Of a stretch of 64,000 nt of DNA, positions 1-13,564 are shown piece after piece. Source of the DNA: Pseudomonadota bacterium (lineage in GTDB: Bacteria; Pseudomonadota; Alphaproteobacteria; MPNO01; UBA830); assembly GCA_036336685.1 (NCBI GenBank), contig JAYZFO010000006.1, positions 5,289 through 69,288 on the forward strand. The letters run 5' to 3'. A program made the translations under genes and the position numbers. Below the pieces are notes generated by a model, which was not told the DNA's origin, made no database searches, and saw nothing but the letters and a program-made list of their open reading frames with translations. The number at the start of each line of letters is the position of its first letter. Within the stretch, counting starts at the first letter, position 1.

Positions 1-406
1 AGTAGCAGAAAAGAAAATGGGTTATCGAGACCGCCGGTAAGGTAAAGAAGGGCTGCAAGTTGCAAAATATCAAAAGCTAAAAATGTAGCAGCGGCCCTCT
101 CTCCGAGATGTATAGTTTTAGGATGCCCTGTTATTACTACTATGTTTAATAATAATGACGCCCCAACTATTGCAAGAGCCGAAACTAATGGTACTTGAAA
201 TCCAAAACCAAAGTGCACGACTAATAATGTTAGCACCTGGCCTACTATCGCCACCCAACGGATCAGTGTGAGTGTCCGTAGCCGGACTGGATCGTTTGTT
301 ACACTTGGATGCTCCCAGCCAACAATCGGCAAAAATCTAGCGTTAATGCTCCCACTGTGTTTTAGGAAGGTCACGGGTGAAACTCCCTCAAATTTTAACA
401 CTCCAC
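1..406 (-). CDS. Partial CDS (N-terminal part; gene continues beyond window start): RegB/PrrB/ActS-type redox sensor histidine kinase, membrane domain
   Basis: Manual minus-strand translation from a candidate GTG at 406 gives an open frame to position 1: ...RLRTLTLIRWVAIVGQVLTLLVVHFGFGFQVPLVSALAIVGASLLLNIVV... The LRW-AI-GQ motif followed by hydrophobic helices is as I recall the RegB/PrrB/ActS N-terminus. It is not in the ORF track because it is truncated. Confidence 0.4.
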
Positions 407-510
407 GTCTAACCCGATACTTGAGTAAGGTGAAGCCTCTTCAAAAAATTATAAAAAACATTCCAATTCTCAAAAAAGAAGACTAGCCCTGCTATCGGGA
501 GCGATAGATA

Positions 511-1278
511 TTGCACAACATGAAAAAGATTGTAATCAAAGCAAAAAATCTGACAAAAAGGTTTGGTGAAATTGTAGCTATTAATGATATTAGCTTCGTG
601 GTTCGGCAGGGAGAAACCGTAGCGCTTCTCGGGGGCAACGGCGCTGGTAAAACAACAACAATTTCTATTTTACTCGGCCTTCTTACTCCAACATCAGGAA
701 CCCTCTCCGTATTGGGTGCGGATATGTCTCGAAAGCGCCATCAGGTGCTACCCCGAATGAATTTTTCGTCACCATATGTGGATTTACCCAAACGTTTAAC
801 AGCGCGTGAAAATTTGATGGTATATGCAAAACTATATGGGATCGTGCGCCCGAGTAGACAGATTTCAATTTTAGCAGAAGATTTAGAAATAGAGACGTTT
901 CTTGATCGCCCATTTGGTGAATTGTCTTCGGGTCAGAAAACTCGCGTATCCCTCGCAAAGTCTCTACTAAATGACCCCGCTCTTCTACTCCTGGATGAAC
1001 CAACAGCCTCTCTAGATCCAGACACCGCAGATTGGGTTAGAAGTTACCTTGAAGAATTTCAAAATAGGACAGGCGCTACCATCGTCCTAGCTTCACATAA
1101 CATGAGTGAAGTCGAACGTCTTTGTAATTATGTCCTGATGATGAAAGGAGGCCGCATCTTTGACCACGATAGCCCTGATGGGCTTTTAAAAAAATATGGT
1201 CGAATAAACTTAGAGGATGTTTTTTTGGATATTGCCCGTGGAAAATCAAACGCGTTGACGGAAACAAACGGAGATTAG
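511..1278 (+). CDS. ABC transporter ATP-binding protein (ABC-2 type)
   Basis: Walker A GGNGAGKTT, ABC signature LSSGQKTRV, Walker B LLLLDEP, H-loop; 255 aa. Confidence 0.9.
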   Translation: MHNMKKIVIKAKNLTKRFGEIVAINDISFVVRQGETVALLGGNGAGKTTTISILLGLLTPTSGTLSVLGADMSRKRHQVLPRMNFSSPYVDLPKRLTARENLMVYAKLYGIVRPSRQISILAEDLEIETFLDRPFGELSSGQKTRVSLAKSLLNDPALLLLDEPTASLDPDTADWVRSYLEEFQNRTGATIVLASHNMSEVERLCNYVLMMKGGRIFDHDSPDGLLKKYGRINLEDVFLDIARGKSNALTETNGD

Positions 1279-1279
1279 T

Positions 1280-2095
1280 ATGGACATATCCTATTCACCT
1301 CGGTTTTCCATCCACCGTGTTTGGGCGATGGTACTTCGTTATTTTTACCTACTTCGCGGATCGATACCACGAATCGTTGAACTAGCGTATTGGCCCACGA
1401 TGCAAATGCTGATTTGGGGATTTATGTCTGAATTTTTAATGAATCATTCAGAATGGTTTGTAAAAGCGGGCGGCATACTAATCGGTGCGGTTTTACTATG
1501 GGATATTATGTTTCGGTCAAATATTGGTGTTTCACTTTCTTTTCTCGAGGAAATGTGGTCGAGAAACTTAGGGCACCTTTTTGCTAGTCCTCTCCGACCT
1601 TATGAGTGGGCCTTATCGCTTCTTGTAATCAGTGCATTACGAACACTTATAGGAATATTGCCAGCCGCACTGCTAGCAATCCCGCTCTACCATTATTCCA
1701 TATTCCAAATGGGATTACCCTTAATTGCGTTTTTTGTGAATCTTCTTGTATTCGGTGCTGCAATTGGTCTTGCCGTATCAGGGCTCGTTCTACGTTGCGG
1801 TCTAGGCGCTGAAAGCTTGGCGTGGGCCGTTATATTTGCTGTAGCTCCTTTTAGCGGTATTTATTATCCGATAGAAACATTACCCGATTGGGTTCAGCCT
1901 ATAGCCTATGCCTTACCATCTTCGCACGTATTTGAGGGAATGCGTGCTGTAACTTTAGAGCATATATTTCTGATCGACAGATTTATTTGGGCAGTTGTTC
2001 TAAACGTTTTTTACCTCGCACTCGGTCTTAGTGTTTTCTTAATTGCCTTTAAAGGCGCTCGACACCGCGGACAATTATTGCAAATGGGCGAATAA
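1280..2095 (+). CDS. ABC-2 family transporter permease
   Basis: Starts 2 nt after the ATPase stop; ~6 predicted TM helices; 271 aa. Confidence 0.8.
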   Translation: MDISYSPRFSIHRVWAMVLRYFYLLRGSIPRIVELAYWPTMQMLIWGFMSEFLMNHSEWFVKAGGILIGAVLLWDIMFRSNIGVSLSFLEEMWSRNLGHLFASPLRPYEWALSLLVISALRTLIGILPAALLAIPLYHYSIFQMGLPLIAFFVNLLVFGAAIGLAVSGLVLRCGLGAESLAWAVIFAVAPFSGIYYPIETLPDWVQPIAYALPSSHVFEGMRAVTLEHIFLIDRFIWAVVLNVFYLALGLSVFLIAFKGARHRGQLLQMGE

Positions 2096-2180
2096 TAAAA
2101 AGTTAAAGAGGTTAGCTTTTAATAATTCCGCCAAATTAAAATCTAATTCTAACTTTCGCCTGAGCTAACTAAATTTACCT

Positions 2181-2768
2181 TTATTGTAGCCCTTCCGCAG
2201 TTTTCAATATTCTTGCTGCAGGATCCCGAGAGTTACGTACTGCCCAATCGAGAGCGCTGCGGCCAGTAAAATCTGTTATTGTTGGATCCGCTTGTGCCTC
2301 CAACAATGTTTGAAGGGCATAAACATGGCCCTTCGACGCCGCGATCATCAAGGGCGTCAATCCCTGCCGGTTTTGGTTGTCCGGGTTTGCCTTCTCCCTG
2401 ATTAGAATCAAAATAACACTGGCATGATTACCCGACGCAGCATAATAAATGGGCGTATTTCCCAAATTATCTTGCGCGTTTACCCGCGCATTGAACCTAA
2501 CAAGCAACCGTGCTAGATCCTCTTTGCCTCCCTCTGCCGCTAATGACAAAGGTGTCCGCTGGTTTTTATCACGCACGTCAACATTGTGCTTATGCCCCAA
2601 AAGATTTTCCGCAACGTCCAAATCGTCGGCGATAACAGCTAAGATAAGTTTATCTTCGCTTAAAAGATCCGTGTCGGAGAGGGCCAGGTGAGGCAAAAAC
2701 CCAACAATGGATGTTAGTACAAGTGTGAGATAAATTAATTTAAATCTCTTCATCTGAAAAAGCGTCAA
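2181..2768 (-). CDS. Secreted ankyrin-repeat protein
   Basis: N-terminal hydrophobic signal peptide. At least four ankyrin repeats (TPLSLAAEGGKEDLARLLV, NTPIYYAASGNHASVILIL, LTPLMIAASKGHVYALQTLL, GRSALDWAV). Confidence 0.75.
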   Translation of the reverse strand: MTLFQMKRFKLIYLTLVLTSIVGFLPHLALSDTDLLSEDKLILAVIADDLDVAENLLGHKHNVDVRDKNQRTPLSLAAEGGKEDLARLLVRFNARVNAQDNLGNTPIYYAASGNHASVILILIREKANPDNQNRQGLTPLMIAASKGHVYALQTLLEAQADPTITDFTGRSALDWAVRNSRDPAARILKTAEGLQ

Positions 2769-2839
2769 GTTTCCCTATAGTCAATTGGCTAGACTCAGCC
2801 TATATCTTAACGGTCGATTGGGGTCCCTGGAATATAATA

Positions 2840-3430
2840 ATGCGCATATATCAGTCAGTTCTAATCGGTATTACAATAATTATAATCGGCGTGTTTGCCG
2901 CATACCTTTTTTACGGTGGAAACGGCAAAGGTGTGACGGCAATAGGCGGCCAGTTTCAACTTACCGATCATACAGGCCAGAAGCGTACGAGCGAGTCATT
3001 CAATGGGCAATACACTTTAGTATATTTTGGTTACACGTTTTGCCCTGACGTTTGCCCGACGGGCCTACAGGTAATGACACTAGCAATTAACCAACTGGAT
3101 GACAAAACCCAAGATAAAATTATCCCCCTTTTCATTACCATTGATCCTGAGCGAGACACGGTAGAACAATTAAGCTCCTATGTGAGTAACTTCCACCCGC
3201 GCCTAATTGGACTGACCGGCACGGCAGATCAAATAGCTAAGGCGGCGCGAGCCTTTCGAGTTTATTACTCCAAATCAAAACAAAATAGCGGAGCCTCCAG
3301 CGACTATCTTTTAGACCATAGCTCAATCATATATTTAATGGATACAGAAGGTACTTATGTTACGCACTTTACCCACACAACTACAGTGAGCAAGATCGTG
3401 GATATCCTAAACAACAAATTGCGACCATGA
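2840..3430 (+). CDS. SCO1/SenC family copper chaperone (thioredoxin fold)
   Basis: N-terminal TM anchor; [14 protein letters not shown] CxxxC motif; conserved His near the C-terminus. Confidence 0.85.
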   Translation: MRIYQSVLIGITIIIIGVFAAYLFYGGNGKGVTAIGGQFQLTDHTGQKRTSESFNGQYTLVYFGYTFCPDVCPTGLQVMTLAINQLDDKTQDKIIPLFITIDPERDTVEQLSSYVSNFHPRLIGLTGTADQIAKAARAFRVYYSKSKQNSGASSDYLLDHSSIIYLMDTEGTYVTHFTHTTTVSKIVDILNNKLRP

Positions 3431-3867
3431 CGAAGCAGAATGATTTCTGGCGTATAAAAGGCCTTGACGAAATGAACCAACAGGAATGGGAGTCATTGTG
3501 TGACGGTTGTGGAAAATGCTGCCTAGTCAAATTAGAAGATGTTGATACGGGTGAATTATCCTTTACCGATATTGCCTGCCGCCTTCTCGATACTAATACT
3601 TGTTCTTGCACGGACTACCAGAAAAGAACCGACCGAGTGCCTGATTGCCTACGTGTTACACCTTCACTTGCTAAAACAGCAAATTGGCTACCCTCCACCT
3701 GTGCGTATCGTTTAATATCCGAAGGTCAAGGACTTCGTTGGTGGCATCCACTTGTGTCTGGAAATCCAGATACTGTGCATACGGCAGGAGTGTCGGTTCG
3801 GAAGAGGGTTGTTCCAGAATCACAAAGAATTGACCCAGAAGACCATATAGTGAAATGGCCTAAATAA
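3427..3867 (+). CDS. YcgN/UPF0260 family Cys-rich protein
   Basis: CDGCGKCC... cysteine cluster typical of UPF0260. Its ATG overlaps the SCO1 stop (ATGA). Confidence 0.6.
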   Translation: MTKQNDFWRIKGLDEMNQQEWESLCDGCGKCCLVKLEDVDTGELSFTDIACRLLDTNTCSCTDYQKRTDRVPDCLRVTPSLAKTANWLPSTCAYRLISEGQGLRWWHPLVSGNPDTVHTAGVSVRKRVVPESQRIDPEDHIVKWPK

Positions 3868-3995
3868 TATCTATTATAATAAAAACGTTCTCTTCGACAG
3901 ATCCATTCTAATACGTAGCAATGTGGCTACTTTTGACCAGGCTATAAGAGTTTTAGATAGCGATATTGATCATTATTTTATTACTCAGAAAATAT

Positions 3996-5711
3996 TTAAT
4001 TGATTGCAGGTCTTGGAGTCACGAGTTGCGTAAATTTTCTCCAGAGCCGGGCTGGGTGCCCGCCCCCGGTTACTCCTTTCATCGGCGAACCGTCGTCATT
4101 GCCCATCCAAACACCCGTCACTAATTCATCAGAGTACCCGACAAACCAAGCATCGCGAAATTGTTGACTGGTCCCCGTTTTACCTGCAACTCGCCAACCG
4201 GGATCCGCCGCTTTGCCAGTGCCCCTTAAAACCACGGAATGGAGTAGATCGTCCGCGGATTGTACAACATCAGGTTTGACCAATACCACCGACTCGCTCG
4301 CCATTCGATGATAAAGTATATCACCATCTCGATTACGTATTTCATTAATGGCATGAGGCCACACCGAATAACCACCGTTGGCGAGCACACTATATGCCGC
4401 CGTAAGTTCCAAAAGGGATACCTCACTGGCACCTAGTGCAAGACTAGGATGAGACTTCATATATGAGGTGATTCCCAGTCGCCGAGCCATCTCTATAACT
4501 TTATTCCGACCCACTTTTTCCGTGATTTGGACCGCCACTGTGTTAATTGATCTTTCGATCGACTCCCGCAAGGTAACCTTACCTTCGTATTTTCCACCAT
4601 AATTCCGGGGGCTCCATTTTCCCACGCTGAAAGGACGGTCAATCATACTTTGGCCCGGCGTCATACCTTTTTCCAGCGCGGCAAGATATACGAATAATTT
4701 AAACGCAGAGCCGGGCTGCCGGAGCGCCTGAAATGCTCTATTAAATTGGCTTTTTAGATAATTATACCCGCCAATAAGAGCGCGCACTTCGCCGTTGGGC
4801 GTCATTGCCACTAGCGCCGCTTGTCCAATTCCTCTCGCACTGCCATACCTGTCTAGTGCCGCTCGAACCCTCGTTTGAGCTATCCTCTGCATTGGTAAAT
4901 CCATCGTGGTGTACACCACAAGATCAGTCGTTATTGTACCGACAAAGCCTTCTAAACGTCTAAGTACCCAGTCCGAAAAATAGAGAGATTCTTGACTTTG
5001 GCCGCGGGATTTTGACAGCCTTAGAGAACTCTTTGCCAGGTAATCAGCGGTTTCAACATTTATAAAATTTGATTTCACCATGGCGGAAAGCACCACCCTT
5101 GCTCTTGTTTCCGCTGCCTCCATGCTACGTAAAGGAGAATAGCGGGAGGGTGCTTTTAGCAGCCCAGCAATAACCGCGGCTTCATGAAGATTAATTTTTC
5201 TCGCGGATTTGCCAAAATAACGTCTGGATGCTGCATCGACCCCGTACGTTCCCGAACCGAGGTATACGCGATTAATATAAAGGGTGAATATCTGTTCTTT
5301 GGAAAACTTCGCCTCAAGCCATAATGCAAGTAGTAATTCTTGAACTTTTCGGCGTAAAGTGCGGTCGGGTTTAAGAAATATATTCTTAGCTAGTTGCTGG
5401 GTGAGCGTGCTACCACCCTGTTTTATCTCACCAGCACGAACGTTTGTGATTAACGCCCTAAATAGCGCTTTTACGTCAAATCCACTATGTTCAAAAAAGC
5501 GTTTATCTTCTGTGGCTATTATTGCCTGAACAAGATGTTTTGGTACCTCAGAAAACTCCAATGGATCACCATATATATCACCATACATAGCAAATTTTTC
5601 TCCTCTGGTGTCGAGAAGGGTAATGCTAATCTTGCGAATGGGGGGCGCTATTTTGTCTAGTTCAGGCAAATCATATGCATACCACGCTATGGCAAGTCCA
5701 AGTGCTAGCAA
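3996..5711 (-). CDS. Class A penicillin-binding protein (glycosyltransferase family 51 + transpeptidase)
   Basis: TG motifs EDKRFFEHSGFD and GGSTLTQQLAKN; TP motifs SAFK, SxN-like and KTGT. The listed start is TTG inside the TM anchor, so the true start is uncertain. Confidence 0.8.
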   Translation of the reverse strand: MLALGLAIAWYAYDLPELDKIAPPIRKISITLLDTRGEKFAMYGDIYGDPLEFSEVPKHLVQAIIATEDKRFFEHSGFDVKALFRALITNVRAGEIKQGGSTLTQQLAKNIFLKPDRTLRRKVQELLLALWLEAKFSKEQIFTLYINRVYLGSGTYGVDAASRRYFGKSARKINLHEAAVIAGLLKAPSRYSPLRSMEAAETRARVVLSAMVKSNFINVETADYLAKSSLRLSKSRGQSQESLYFSDWVLRRLEGFVGTITTDLVVYTTMDLPMQRIAQTRVRAALDRYGSARGIGQAALVAMTPNGEVRALIGGYNYLKSQFNRAFQALRQPGSAFKLFVYLAALEKGMTPGQSMIDRPFSVGKWSPRNYGGKYEGKVTLRESIERSINTVAVQITEKVGRNKVIEMARRLGITSYMKSHPSLALGASEVSLLELTAAYSVLANGGYSVWPHAINEIRNRDGDILYHRMASESVVLVKPDVVQSADDLLHSVVLRGTGKAADPGWRVAGKTGTSQQFRDAWFVGYSDELVTGVWMGNDDGSPMKGVTGGGHPARLWRKFTQLVTPRPAIN

Positions 5712-5963
5712 TAGCCAAACGCTAATAGATATAGTCCATTTGAATAACTTAACGATTGGTTAAAGACCTAGTTATGTTAGGTTTTACACAGACAAGTTTA
5801 ACCTCGCCCAAATTTATTATTCGTAAAATAGGTATCGCGATAGAGCTCAAATTAATTAGGAATCTAATATTTTCGTGCAGTATCGTCGCCTTTGGCGTTG
5901 AACTTCATAGACCGTTATAGTGTTGAGATTAATAGTCATATCCAGCCAATCGATCAACTGTCA

Positions 5964-6464
5964 ATGACGAGGAAAATGGTAAAGACACAAATAGAATCTT
6001 TGATCCGGCCAGCCCAACGTGATGACGCGGAGATTATAGCTGATTTAAAAATTTCTCAGAAAGGCTTATCTAGTGAACTACACTCGGGGTTTTCAAGAGA
6101 TACATTTGTCCGAGACTGCTTTTCGGAATTTCCCGCATTTAACACCTTCGTAGCGGAAGCGGACAACTCTTTCGCTGGCTACGCGATTTTTTATTGGGGT
6201 TATGACGTTTATAGCTCTTCACGGGGGGTATATCTCGCCGACCTATATGTAATCAAAAATTACCGCCGCGGCGGCATAGGAAAACAGCTAGTAAAAGAGG
6301 TAACGCACTTTACAAAAAGGAACGGAGGTAGGTGGATTTTCTGGTCGGTTTTAAAAAAAAACAAAGTAGCGCGGCAATTCTATAAAACATTGGCGCCGCA
6401 ACTCAACAACATCGTAATGCATGGCGCCTCTGGAAACTCATTTGACAGACTGTCGGATGGTTAA
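5964..6464 (+). CDS. GNAT family N-acetyltransferase
   Basis: GNAT motif A YRRGGIGKQLV. Probable start at MTRKMV/MVKTQ rather than the upstream ORF start. Confidence 0.6.
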   Translation: MTRKMVKTQIESLIRPAQRDDAEIIADLKISQKGLSSELHSGFSRDTFVRDCFSEFPAFNTFVAEADNSFAGYAIFYWGYDVYSSSRGVYLADLYVIKNYRRGGIGKQLVKEVTHFTKRNGGRWIFWSVLKKNKVARQFYKTLAPQLNNIVMHGASGNSFDRLSDG

Positions 6465-6470
6465 ATTTTA

Positions 6471-10134
<3,664 letters not shown>

Positions 10135-10147
10135 AACCTACGCTCTA

Positions 10148-11266
10148 TCAGACACGCATCGGCATTAAAACGTACAATGCGCTAGGATCTCCCATATCCT
10201 GAACTAGCGCTGGAGAGGCACCATCCGACAACTTGAATTTGGCTTCATCACCCTCTATTTGCTGAGTTATATCTAACAAATATTTAGAATTGAAACCTAT
10301 CTCCAGTGGACCATCATTATAATCCACATCCAGCTCTTCTCGAGCGCTACCAGCCTCTGGACTGGTTGCAGTCAATATCAAATTGCCGTCTTCAAGTGAC
10401 AGCTTTATAGCCCTCGATTTCTCAGTAGATATTGTTGATACTAAATCGACAGCCTTAACAAACTCTGTCCTTTTGACTTCTAGCGTTTTGTCGTTCTCGA
10501 AGGGAATTACGCGATCATAATCAGGAAATGTGCCATCAATTAACTTTGAGGTAAGAATTGCATTCTCAAAAGAAAAACGCACCTTTGTCTCGGATAATGC
10601 CACTTCGACGTCGCCCTCGACTTCCTCTATTAGCTTATATATCTCACCGATTGCCTTTCGAGGAATTATAATTCCGGGCATTCCGGTAGCGCCCTCGGGA
10701 AGTGGAATTTGAACTCTAGCAAGACGATGACCATCGGTTGCAACTATTCGCATTACGGAACCACCGTCGTCATCATAAATATGAAAATAAAGGCCATTCA
10801 AATAATACCGTGTTTCCTCAGTCGACATTGCGAATCGAGTTCTATCGATAAGTTGCCGGAGTATATTTGCAGGAAACGTAAATACGTGGGGCAAGTCCCC
10901 GTCCGACATTACAGGGAAATCTTCACTAGGTAGCGTCGTCAAACTTAGCTTGGAGCGCCCGGATCTAATTTCAAGCTGACCTTGCTCACCCCCAGAACCT
11001 ATCTCCACCTGAGAACCTTCTGGCAATTTTCGGACAATATCGTGGAGCGTGTGTGCTGGTACAGTAGTCGCACCGTCTTGTTTCACTTGTGCCGACACAC
11101 CTTCTATTATGGCAAGGTCCATGTCTGTGGCGGTAAGGCCCAGTTGCCCGCCATTTGCCTGAAGCAAAACATTGGATAAAATTGGTATAGTTGTGCGTCG
11201 TTCCACAACACCTTGGACGTGGGCCAAGGACCTCAGGAGTACACTTCGTTCGATTGAGAATTGCAT
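10148..11266 (-). CDS. dnaN: DNA polymerase III beta sliding clamp
   Basis: 372 aa, three-domain clamp, synteny after dnaA. Confidence 0.95.
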   Translation of the reverse strand: MQFSIERSVLLRSLAHVQGVVERRTTIPILSNVLLQANGGQLGLTATDMDLAIIEGVSAQVKQDGATTVPAHTLHDIVRKLPEGSQVEIGSGGEQGQLEIRSGRSKLSLTTLPSEDFPVMSDGDLPHVFTFPANILRQLIDRTRFAMSTEETRYYLNGLYFHIYDDDGGSVMRIVATDGHRLARVQIPLPEGATGMPGIIIPRKAIGEIYKLIEEVEGDVEVALSETKVRFSFENAILTSKLIDGTFPDYDRVIPFENDKTLEVKRTEFVKAVDLVSTISTEKSRAIKLSLEDGNLILTATSPEAGSAREELDVDYNDGPLEIGFNSKYLLDITQQIEGDEAKFKLSDGASPALVQDMGDPSALYVLMPMRV

Positions 11267-11541
11267 GACTTCGAATGGGCTTTCGCGCTGGTTAAGGCCA
11301 ACAACAAGGCTTCTTTTCTCTCCAAAAACACAATATTTTTGAAACCACTAATAATATGAAAATTATAGCACAACCCCTTGAAATCCCAAAAATTTTTCAA
11401 ATAACACGCTGTTTGTGCTACGTCTAAAAGACCAGCGTTTTCAGGGGTTTAGTAAAAACATTAATTTTGCCGAAAATAACAGCGAATCAAACTTTGTGAA
11501 CTACGTTTTTGTTACATCTGCGTATAGAAGTTTGCCACAAA

Positions 11542-12933
11542 TTAACCCTCTAGCATACGACGCAAAAGATCAACATCTTCAGCAAACGTGACATCACCCC
11601 CACGCAACTCCTCGACTTTATTAACCGCGTGCATCACTGTCGTGTGATCACGACCACCAAATTTCCGACCTATCTCTGGAAGAGACCGCGAGGTTAGCTG
11701 CTTTGAAAGGTACATTGCGACTTGACGGGGTCGAGCAACTGCGCGAGAACGGCGGGCAGAATGCATATCTGCAAGCCGTATATTAAAGTGTTCCGCTACC
11801 CTTTTTTGAATTTCTTCTATCGTGATACGACGATCACTGGCACGCAAAAGATCGTGCAATACCTCCTGACACGTCTCTAAAGTAATGTCGCGGCCTATCA
11901 AGGAGGAATGAGCTGCTACCCTATTCAGGGCGCCCTCAAGCTCTCGAACACTAGATGTTATTTTGTGTGCTAGAAATTCTAGCACTTTGTCGGGCACGAC
12001 GGCGCCTAACTCATCTTTTTTCGCGTGAAGAATACCCAGCCTCAATTCATAGGTGGTGGCATGTATATCTGCCACGAGCCCCCAGCCTAGCCGTGAGCGC
12101 AAACGTTCTTCCATGCCCTCTAAATCGGAAGGTGATTTATCCGCCGAAACCACCACCTGCCTATTATTATCGACCAAGTCATTAAAAGTATGGAAAAACT
12201 CCTCTTGGGTGGATTCTTTACCATTTATGAATTGGACGTCATCTATCATTAGTACATCTACAGAACGAAATTGGTCTTTAAAGGCCATTGTATCCTGAAA
12301 CCTAAGGGCCCTTATAAAATAGTACATAAATTTCTCAGCAGATAGATAAACAACCTTCCGGTCAGGCTGATGTTCTCGGATTTGCCATGCTATCGCGTGC
12401 ATCAAGTGCGTTTTACCAAGACCCACTCCACCATAAAGAAAAAGTGGATTGTACGTTGCTGTCGGCGAGTCCGACACCCGACGAGCAGCCGCATAGGCTA
12501 ATTCATTCGGCTTACCAACTACAAAATTATCAAATTTAAAACGAGGATCTAGCGCAGCGCTTACATCACCCTTAATTCGGTCCGACGCTATACGACCGAC
12601 TCCTACTGAGGTCGCCGGTTTTTTCAATGGTTTTCTAGCCAATTCCGCTGAGCGAGTATCGTTTGTTTCGGCTAAAACAAAAATATCTACACTTGATACA
12701 AAAGAATCACCCTCGAGCCATAACTCAGATATACGATCACCAAAATGATTTTCGATCCAGTCCCTCATAAAGCGCGTTGGAACTGATAAACGGACTATCC
12801 CACCCGAAAATTCCACCAAGGAAAGGGGCTTCAGCCAACTCTTGTAAGCCGAGTCACCTACCTCAGCCCTAAGCAGCCCGCGGATGCGCGTCCAACGTGC
12901 ATTTATATCTTGCGTCAGTCCGTTTTCTACCAT
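11542..12933 (-). CDS. dnaA: Chromosomal replication initiator DnaA
   Basis: AAA+ Walker A GGVGLGKTHL, sensor motifs and C-terminal DNA-binding helix. Probable start is MVENGLTQDINARW at 12933; the listed ORF extends upstream in a frame that overlaps the rhodanese gene. Confidence 0.95.
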   Translation of the reverse strand: MVENGLTQDINARWTRIRGLLRAEVGDSAYKSWLKPLSLVEFSGGIVRLSVPTRFMRDWIENHFGDRISELWLEGDSFVSSVDIFVLAETNDTRSAELARKPLKKPATSVGVGRIASDRIKGDVSAALDPRFKFDNFVVGKPNELAYAAARRVSDSPTATYNPLFLYGGVGLGKTHLMHAIAWQIREHQPDRKVVYLSAEKFMYYFIRALRFQDTMAFKDQFRSVDVLMIDDVQFINGKESTQEEFFHTFNDLVDNNRQVVVSADKSPSDLEGMEERLRSRLGWGLVADIHATTYELRLGILHAKKDELGAVVPDKVLEFLAHKITSSVRELEGALNRVAAHSSLIGRDITLETCQEVLHDLLRASDRRITIEEIQKRVAEHFNIRLADMHSARRSRAVARPRQVAMYLSKQLTSRSLPEIGRKFGGRDHTTVMHAVNKVEELRGGDVTFAEDVDLLRRMLEG

Positions 12934-12937
12934 GTCA

Positions 12938-13405
12938 TTACCCTTGAACCCAAGGCAGGTCGCTTGATTTCCAACCACCAGCATAACCTCGCCGCTGACG
13001 CGCATCGTGGGGGCCCTCAAATCCATCACCAATATTAAAGCATGAGGCGTAGCCATTTCTGGTTAATTCTATGGCGGCGCTTTTCGAACGCGCGCCCGAG
13101 CGACACAAACAAAAGATTGGAGCCGATTTGACAGTAATTTCAGTACTAATTTTTTCTAAAAAAGAACCGTTCACCGCCATGCTCGGATAAATTTGCCATT
13201 CTATAAATAAAGGCTTTTTGCCTATCGCAGTCAGATCTGGAATTCCAACAAAATTCCACTCGGCCTGAGTTCGAACATCTACCAAAAAAGCGCTAGGATC
13301 AGTTTTTAAACTTTCCCACGCCTCGCTCGCATCCACGTCGCCCGCGTAGCCCATAACACCAATCGTTTGGGATACCACTGACGTAGGTGAAGAGGATTGG
13401 TTCAT
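12938..13405 (-). CDS. Single-domain rhodanese-like sulfurtransferase
   Basis: Active-site loop CLCRSGARS (Cys-X-X-Gly-X-Arg); 155 aa; good SD gggag before the ATG; stop lies 4 nt before the dnaA ATG. Confidence 0.8.
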   Translation of the reverse strand: MNQSSSPTSVVSQTIGVMGYAGDVDASEAWESLKTDPSAFLVDVRTQAEWNFVGIPDLTAIGKKPLFIEWQIYPSMAVNGSFLEKISTEITVKSAPIFCLCRSGARSKSAAIELTRNGYASCFNIGDGFEGPHDARQRRGYAGGWKSSDLPWVQG

Positions 13406-13456
13406 TCGTCACTCCCTAATAACAGAACCGTTCGGTCTAACTTCTTTACTTTATCT

Positions 13457-13465
13457 TTATTCACA
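13457..13465 (-). promoter_or_regulatory. Candidate DnaA box (TTATtCACA, 8/9 match to TTATCCACA) in the rhodanese-dnaA promoter region
   Basis: Read directly from the sequence; lies ~55 bp upstream of the rhodanese ATG. Confidence 0.3.
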
Positions 13466-13535
13466 CTACAGAACACTACTTTATAGATTAAGCTTTTATT
13501 TATATTCATATAATAAAAAGAGAATATTTTATTTG

Positions 13536-13564
13536 AGTGCGAGCTCCCCCTTTTGAGCTGCACT
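13536..13564 (-). terminator. Rho-independent terminator-like hairpin (10-bp stem with one bulge, loop cccctttt) followed on the minus strand by uucucuuuuuauua
   Basis: Inverted repeat agtgcgagctc / gagctgcact. Located ~235 nt downstream of the rpsT stop. Confidence 0.4.

Noticed and set aside
268-486. 72-aa + strand ORF
   Set aside because: It lies antisense to a well-supported RegB-like membrane-domain reading frame and has no SD or domain.
11267-11541. dnaA-dnaN intergenic region (275 bp, AT-rich) as a possible oriC
   Set aside because: I found no TTATCCACA-like DnaA boxes by eye. In alphaproteobacteria oriC is normally near hemE rather than between dnaA and dnaN. The region most likely carries only the dnaN promoter.
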